Positions 54,645 through 64,000 of a stretch of DNA of 64,000 nt are shown piece by piece (within the stretch, counting starts at the first letter, position 1; every line of letters begins with the position of its first letter). Both the position numbers and the translations under genes were made by a program. The stretch lies in assembly GCF_006345805.1 (NCBI RefSeq), contig NC_043024.1:5456001-5520000 (forward strand), written 5' to 3'. Origin of the DNA: Octopus sinensis. Its lineage: Eukaryota. Below the pieces are notes generated by a model that saw nothing but the letters and a program-made list of their open reading frames with translations, was not told the DNA's origin and did no database searches.

Positions 54645-56711
54645 AGCTCCCGTTGTTCATAGTAAAAACTCTTCCTAATTAAGTGTATTTCTTGTTCTTG
54701 TTCCTCACGCACCTTGATTGTTTGATCAGTTCCACTTGACAACTGATATTTAAGAGAAAATCCAATCAAATATATACAAATGATTGGTAATTAACTGTCT
54801 AAACAAACAGATACAGCATTTACGATTATGTGAACCAGAAAAATATTAATTAACGTTTGTTGTAGAAATCTAGAAATTCTCTTGAAGCTGTCGTTGTCCA
54901 CTCTGACTCCAGTTCTCACATCTTCCTCCTTCACTCTTTCTCTCCATATCTATTACTATGTAAGTATTTATTTAAACATTTCTATTATATATGTGTCGTA
55001 TTATGTACATTTATTTGTTTCGATGTGTTGAGAAAGTTGAAAGAAAAAAAATCTCACTAAGACGAAATTATACGAAAGACTGTAATTTTAATACTTTCAT
55101 TGTGTTGTCGTTTTCTTTTAGATATTTCATTGCACTTTTGGTTATTTTCTGAATTATTTGTAAAAACGTCGGATCAATCCCTTGTTTAGATAACATTTAT
55201 CTTTCTTTCTAACGTGTAAATTCGACAATTTCGTTAAATGCGGGAAAATTAGGATGTAATTAGTATGAAATGGGGAATGTATAAAAATACGAGTGTGCAC
55301 TTGAAATACTGAAACGAAAAGCAAATATCGTATCGAGAGGAAATGGAACGGATTTTATTTGAGACATAGAAAGTCTTTATTTCCGGTGGTTCTTCTGCAT
55401 CATTAAAAGTTAGAATTAATATGGATTTCTAATTTATTTAATTTTTGTGTGTGTGGAGTCCTGCTTTAAGCACCTAATATAATCCCTCGTCACATATTTT
55501 TATTTGGGGGGATTTTCAGAAATTTTTGCGTACGAGAATTCGTTCGGTCATGCAACCAAAAAAAGAAAAAGAACAACTGTGATTTATGAGCTATTTAGCT
55601 GTTATTTTTCGCACATCTCACGACCAGTATGGTAATAATTCTCTGCTTAAGTTCCTCTGGGCTTGCAGGAAGAGGGGAGACATAGACTAGGCCTTCCCTG
55701 AGAAAGAAACGGCAAGGTTTCAGCTCAGGTGAACGTGGCGGCCATTTCAACAGCACATTGCCTTCTTCAGGACGCGCCAAACTGTCGTTGGAGGAATCTG
55801 GGTTTCCAAACTTGTTCTTCTTATGGACTTCTTGGGGCTTCAAAACAGTTTTTGGCAAACCTACCCGACCTTCTCTTCCGATGTTAGTGGTCGTGCAGAT
55901 CTTTGGGCCTTGACATTAAGTTGCCCTTATCTATGTATTTGTGTATTTACAAATGTACAGAAGGAGGCAGAGGAGGAGTGATGTCTATGTTACCAAACAA
56001 AGCTGTGTTAATACGACGCATGACTGAGATGAAACCATCAGATATCTAGTGTCATTGACATGTATATTGGTGTGTGTCTAGGACAGACGCAATGTCCAGG
56101 AGGTGTTATTACGATAGATATGTCTGTGATATAAACCTCTTGAAAATAGAGAGATGGGATAAATTTAATACTTCAGATAAAGAATTACTTCTACAATTTA
56201 TGAAAACAGAAATGTCGTAAATTTGCACTTTTGAATATCTGCCTTTTAAACATACTTTATGTCTTATATTATTTTTTCTATTCTTTCAGAAAATCACATG
56301 AAATTGGCTAAAAAGTATTTTTTACTTTTAAAGAATCATCAATATGTATCATGTTTGAAAGACTCTGCAAAGATATTCTACAAACGTATAATCCTGCTTC
56401 TATAAAACATTGCTGAATTACAGTAAATTATTTCCTCTGAGAGAGAAAGCATTTCTTTACTTCTGTGTCTGAAATGTGCAAGAGATAATTTTCTCTTTTA
56501 AATATACTTTGATGGATTTACAAAAGTATTTGCAACATTTTTAAATATTGGCATTGATCACATTTTGAAGAAATATCAGAGAAGTGATATTTGTTTGGAA
56601 TAAACTATAAAAGCATAAAGAAGAAAAATATATTTTGGTGAGAGGAGAAATATTATTGAAAAATTGTTGATCTGTACAACTTGAAGGATTGATTTTATTT
56701 TTCTTGAAGAG

Positions 56712-57581
56712 ATGTTGGAAGAATTAAGAAAATCATCATATGACTGTGACATCTGCAAAGAGTCATTCTTAGAAGAAAGTAAATTCAATCAACACAAACA
56801 AATTCATGAAGGGGAGAAACCATATCACTGTGATATCTGTGGTAAATCATTGTCTGACAGGAGTAGCTTTGCTCGTCACATACGTATTCATACAGGAGAG
56901 AAACCATATCACTGTGATATCTGTGGTAAATCATTCTCTGATGGCAGTAGCTTAACCAAACACAAGCGTATTCATACAGGGGAGAAACCATATCACTGTG
57001 ATATCTGTGGTAAATCATTCTCTGATGGCAGTAGCTTAACCAAACACAAGCGTATTCATACAGGGGAGAAACTATATCACTGTGATTTCTGTGGTGAATC
57101 ATTCTCTCTTAGCAGTAGCTTAACCAAACACAAGCGTATTCATACAGGGGAGAAACCTTATCACTGTGATATCTGTGGTAAATCATTCTCTCATGGCAGT
57201 ACCTTAATTAAACACAAACATATTCATACAGGAGACAAACCATATCACTGTGATATCTGTGGTAAATCATACTCTGATGGCAGTACCTTAATTAAACACA
57301 AACGTATTCATACAGGTGAGAAACCATATCACTGTGATATCTGTGGTAAATCATTCTCTGTTAGCACTAACTTGACTGCACGCAAACGTGTTCATACAGG
57401 TGAGAAACCATATCACTGTGATATCTGTGGTAAATCATTCTCTGTTAGCACTAACTTGACTGCACACAAACGTGTTCACACAGGTGAGAAACCATATCGC
57501 TGTGACATCTGTGGTAAATCATTCTCACAAAAACATCACTCGATTAAACACAAGTGTATTCGTTATGAAGTTGATCCATAA
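56712..57581 (+). CDS. C2H2 zinc-finger protein C, 289 aa, 10 finger units (last degenerate)
   Basis: Uninterrupted ORF with [16 protein letters not shown] repeats; acceptor-like tttcag near 56289. Confidence 0.88.
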   Translation: MLEELRKSSYDCDICKESFLEESKFNQHKQIHEGEKPYHCDICGKSLSDRSSFARHIRIHTGEKPYHCDICGKSFSDGSSLTKHKRIHTGEKPYHCDICGKSFSDGSSLTKHKRIHTGEKLYHCDFCGESFSLSSSLTKHKRIHTGEKPYHCDICGKSFSHGSTLIKHKHIHTGDKPYHCDICGKSYSDGSTLIKHKRIHTGEKPYHCDICGKSFSVSTNLTARKRVHTGEKPYHCDICGKSFSVSTNLTAHKRVHTGEKPYRCDICGKSFSQKHHSIKHKCIRYEVDP

Positions 57582-57952
57582 CACAGTGACATTGGTTGTA
57601 TAACATTCCTTCAGAAGGACAAGTTTGTATCTCATAAAACCCTCTACACAATATAGAAACTATATGAATGTGATATCAATGGTAAGCCTTTCATTTAAAA
57701 TGATCCATTATATGGCCAATTGATATGTTTTCCTACTTCACCCCTAACCTCTTCTATACCACCAAAAGTCAAAATTAAATGAAGAGCTACCTACATCAGT
57801 TTCCTCATTGTTCTCGGCAATATGCCTCTCTTTCTCGCTATATTGCACTTATAAAATACTAGAATTTCGTAAAGCAAAAGCCATTTGGTGAAATGAGATG
57901 ACCAGAGACAGCCATGATACATACAACTTTCACCAGCTCATCTTTCTCTAGC

Positions 57953-58350
57953 AAAGGCACAGGAGTGGCTGTGTGGTAAGTAGCTTGCTTACCAACCACA
58001 TGGTTTCTGGGTTCAGTCCCACTGCGTGGCACCTTGGGAAGGTGTCTTCTGCTATAGCCTCGGGCCGACCAAAGCCTTGTGAGTGGATTTGGTAGACGGA
58101 AACTGAAAGAAGTTGTCGTATATATGTATATATATATATGTGTGTTTGTGTGTCTGTGTTTGTCCCATCAACATTGCCTGACAACCGATGCTGGTGTGTT
58201 TGCGTCTCCGTAATTTAGTGGTTCGGCATAAGAGACCGATAGAATAAGTACTAGGCTTACAAAGAGTAAGTCCTGGGGTCGATTTGCTCAACTAAAGGTG
58301 GTGCTCTAGCATGGCCGCAGTCAAATGACTGAAACAAGTAAAAAAAAAAT
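57953..58350 (+). mobile_element. tRNA/CORE-like SINE
   Basis: Paralog of 21953-22530. Confidence 0.9.
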
Positions 58351-58659
58351 GACAGACTTTAAGGAAAGCATCGTTCAGTCTTCCTCCTGAACTTGCTGTC
58401 GTTCTCTCTCCCTCTGAGGTAAGAGATTAACATAACATAGTACAACATACAAGAGGGTGAGTAGAGTTACCTCGCCTGTTTGCTTGGATTGGCATGCTGA
58501 GAGTTTGGAATAAACAAAGGAAATCTGTGACTGCGACCTCTGACATTGGACTTTCCGTCAACAAGGACCGACATAATCATTTTGTAACAACTCTGCACTT
58601 TGAACTGAAATATTTTCATAATGGCTCTGTACCTTGCTCTCAAATTCATTATAACAGCT

Positions 58660-59322
<663 letters not shown>

Positions 59323-60040
59323 CACTTCAGAAAAAATATAATCAATCGAAGAATATTTCTTCACTCACCAAAATTTATGGATATTTTTCTTCTTTTCGTT
59401 TTTATAGTTTATTCCAAACAAATATCACTTCTCTTATATTTCTTCTAAACGTGATCAATGCCAATATTTAAAAATGTCGCAAATACTCTTTGAAAATCCA
59501 TCAAAGTATATTTAAAAGAGAAAATTATCTCTTGCACATTTCAGACACAGAAGTAAAGAAATGCTTTCTCTCTCAGAGGAAATATTTTACTGTAATTCAG
59601 CAATGTTTTATAGAAGCAGGATTATACGTTTGTAGAATATCTTTGCAGAGTCTTTCAAACATGATACATATTGATGATTCTTTAAAAGTAAAAAATACTT
59701 TTTAGCCAATTTCATGTAATTTCCTGAAAGAATAGAAAAAAATAATATAAGACATAGAATATGTTTAAAAGGTAGATATTAAAAAATGCGAATTTATGCC
59801 ATTTCTGTTTTAATGGATTGTAGAAGTAAACCTGCATTCAAACTAATAAACTTACCCAAAAGTTAATAAATTACGAGCAGATTCAATAATTATAATAGCA
59901 ACTCCTGGACATTAAATCTGTGACACACACGCTCTTTCTCTCTCACACACACACCAATATAGATGTTAATGGCCTAGATAACCAATGTTTTCACCTCGGA
60001 GTTCTATCTTGTCAACACAGCTTTGTTTAGTAACACAGAT

Positions 60041-60331
60041 GTGGAGGCACATGGCCTAGTGGTTAGAGCAGCGGACTCATGGTCGAGGGATCACAGGTTC
60101 AAATCTCAGACCAAGCAATGTGTGTGTTTATGAGTGAAACACCTAAGCTCCACGCGGCTCCGGCAGAAGGTAATGGTGAACTTCTGCTGACTCTTTCGCC
60201 ACAACCTTCTCTCACTCTTTCCTCCTGCATCTTGCAGCTCACCTTCGACGGACCAGCGTCTTGTCTAGGTGGGGAATCTATACACTAAGGAAACCAGCCC
60301 TTATGAGCCAGGCATGGCTCGAGAAGGAACA
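60041..60331 (+). mobile_element. tRNA-derived SINE (paralog of 23418-23708)
   Basis: Same TSD agtaacacagat. Confidence 0.88.
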
Positions 60332-60359
60332 AGTAACACAGATATCACACCTGTTTTGC

Positions 60360-60610
60360 CACCTGAATAGGCAGGTGCATTGTCACTCCCTGGAGGCATC
60401 GAATTGTGGCCCTTTCCAATGAATAGCATCCCGCAAACGTCACAGTAGAACTCCTGGTTTACTGTCTGACCAGGTGGAGCATACTCATGATGAACAATCC
60501 CCTGGAATCGAAGAAAACGGTCAACAGTGTCTTCACATTCGTCAGTCTTGGAGAGGTCGAGGTTTTCAACTCCAAAGACTGAACCTTTAGGGGAACATTG
60601 CAGTTCGCTT
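60360..60610 (-). mobile_element. mariner transposase remnant (paralog of 23740-23990)
   Basis: GIVHHEYAPPGQTVNQEFY. Confidence 0.7.
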
Positions 60611-60753
60611 GAAGCATTGCGCACTGTTCGTAAAAATAATGCATTGAATGGCACAACAACGGATTATAATAACCTTTGTAATTCAATCATCCATAGTCTG
60701 ATATAATATTTCAGAATATAAAAATCCCTTCTTCAGATATCCCTGGGAATTGA

Positions 60754-61600
<847 letters not shown>

Positions 61601-62737
61601 GCACAGTGACATTTGTTGTATGACATTCCGTCAGAAGGTCAAGCTTGGACCTTATAAAGACATCCACAGAATTTAGAAACTATATGAATGTGACATCTAT
61701 AGTAAATCTTTGACATGAAATCATCCATTATTGAATCAAAAGAGCATTGACAGAGGAAGGAAAACATATGACTGTGATGTTAAACCTGAATCATTCTTTC
61801 AAAATGGTGAATTGTTTGTACACAGTCCTATTAATATGAAAGATATAACTGTAACCTAAGCTATTCGTGCTAAATCAATCTATGAAAATGATCAATTATT
61901 GAAATGTAAATGCATTCATACAGAAGAGGAACCACGATGATGATGATGATCCTCATCATTTAAAATTCTCCTATTCATGCTTCTGTGGATCAGATGGAAT
62001 TCATTGATGGAGATTTTCCTGAGCTGGGTACCCTTTCTTGTGACCAATCTTCACCCGTTTCCAAGCAAGGAAATATTTTCCTTGGTGAGACATATTTTAC
62101 GCAGAGGACTGGAAGTGAACAACTGCACAAGTATGACGGTCATGATGGCCATTTACGAACATCACATAATATCTGGACAAGGGTATACACACACACATGT
62201 ATGTTCAAAGATTTTCTTAAAGGAAATCTTTTACATTTTTTTCTCTACGTGTAAATGTTTGTAATTCCTATTAGGAAATGAAACACATGTAATGCTGAAT
62301 AAATAATATCAAACTCTTCTCCGTTGTCTTTATGTGTTTTTTTCTAAGGTAAAAAGAAAATGGCTTCCATCTCACCCCACCCCGTTTTTTGGACCCGTAA
62401 AAGGGTTTTGTAGCATATTAGGATGTCAGGGTAGTTGATTCCATGCAAAAAATCTAACATTTTAATTTTTTTCTTTGTGAAAATCATGCGGGAGTTAATA
62501 TAGAAATTTACCATAATGTTATTTAGCCTCAAATCAAACCTGATACAGCAAACGTATCATCAAAGTCATTCCAGCCTTCAGCAAACTGTCTTTTGAGGGA
62601 TAATCTAGGACATTACGTACAATGGGCATGTGATTTAGATAGGGAGTTACTTTGGCTGCTATTTTTAGCATGTCGAGCGACCAGGCAGGGGCTCTCTCAT
62701 TGGTTCGGTTGCGTGAAGAGATTTTTTAACACATATA

Positions 62738-63115
62738 GGATCTTTTCGGTTTGAACGGCAGTTTTTTTAACATAATTTCTAGGTAACTAAAAAATTTTTA
62801 ACTTCGTATACGGGTAGAATGTTTTTATAAAAGATCTTTTTCTCTTGGCTTTATTGAGAAAATTCTATACTTTGTAAGATATTTGTTGTTTTTTCTGCAA
62901 TTTTAACCAATCAATGACGTCCATTGAGGTAAAAAAAAAAAATTCTGTGCCGTATGAATATGTCCCTCGTTTAAGAAACAGATTGGGTTTATTTACATTT
63001 GTGAAGAAAAAAAGATACCTTTCCTCCCAACCCGAAACCCTAAAACAGATTGAAATGCAATAGATCGATACTAGGGTCATAATCATGGGTGACAATTTCA
63101 TATGACACCGCTAGA
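62738..63115. mobile_element. Possible non-autonomous DNA transposon/MITE fragment
   Basis: Starts ggatcttttcggtttgaacggcagttttt after a TA; absent from paralogous units; second terminus not seen. Confidence 0.35.
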
Positions 63116-63119
63116 GTAT

Positions 63120-64000
63120 AAAGACAAGACTTAGTTCCCCTTGTTAATTCTTCCTAATTTTGTTGCTCCGTATGCATGTGTATTGCTTGCTCAGTTGCAC
63201 TATACAACTGATATTTAAGAGAAAATCTAATTAAATAGACACATGATTGGTAATTAAGTGTCTAAAGAAACAGATGCAGCATTTTTTTTATTATGTTGAC
63301 CCTTTAAATATTAATATTCGTCGTAAAAATTCTCTTGAAGCTGTCACTGTCCACTCTAACTTTTCACTCATTCAACATATTCTCATATTTTCATCGTTGA
63401 CTCTCTCTGAATATATATTACTATGTAAGTATATTTCTATTGTATATGTATCATATTACGTACGTCTGTTTGTTTCGATGTGTTGAGTAAGTTACAAGAA
63501 AGAATCTCACTAAACAAAGACGAAATAGCGGAGGTAAAGGGCATGGACCGCACCTACCTTTCCCTAATTTTTTGGCGATGGAAACCCACTTTTTCAACTT
63601 CGGTGAGGCTGTTCTTTCAATACTTTCGTTGTGTTCTCCTTTACATTCAGATATTTCATTGCATCTTTCCTTATTTCCTATATTATTTGTTAACGTCAGA
63701 TGGATACCTTGTGTAGATAACTTTTCTCTTTCTTCCTCACATGTAAATTCCGCGGGAAAATTACGATGTAATTTCTAAGACATACGGAATGTATAAAAAT
63801 ACGAGTGTGCACTTGAAATACTGAAACGAAAAGTAAATATTGTATACAGAAGAAATGGAACGGATTTTATTTAAAACCTAGGAAGTCTTTATTTCCGGAG
63901 GTTCTTCTCCATCATTACAACTTACAATTAATATCTATTTTTCAAAGGAATCTTTCTTTAAGCACCCAATGTAACCGCTTATCACATTTTTATTTTGGGG
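63120..64000 (+). repeat. More diverged copy of the ZNF upstream module (cluster likely continues)
   Basis: Similar to 41300-42160, including ttagttcccc site, gattggtaattaa and the ctat/gtaagt donor. Confidence 0.8.

Overview
AT-rich eukaryotic DNA, most likely an octopus (coleoid cephalopod). This is inferred from [16 protein letters not shown] finger arrays, RTE LINEs with (ATG)n tails and CORE/Meta-type tRNA SINEs. The window is a rearranged cluster of C2H2 zinc-finger-only genes: two intact ORFs (29399-30340 minus, 56712-57581 plus), two frameshifted copies, two truncated copies and two headless finger arrays. It is built from a direct segmental duplication offset by about 35 kb (6632-24760 vs 41495-61390) plus an inverted copy of the unit (25864-33950). 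It is densely invaded by dead retroelements: Penelope (GIY-YIG, with hammerhead motifs), RTE (PHD-like finger inside the RT), a near full-length Tx1-like LINE with a TSD, Gypsy with a tRNA-Leu PBS, a CR1/L2-type tail, mariner/Tc1 remnants and SINEs. A CpG-rich ETS/NRF1/E2F promoter-like island lies between the head-to-head arms. Notable signals: a U3-A8 minimal hammerhead, a PHD finger inside the RT, post-stop silent finger cassettes recruited into the array of one paralog, a palindromic site hit by two different retroposons, and a Gypsy with mismatched LTRs at the unit junction. All comparisons were made by eye; coordinates of degenerate repeats are approximate.
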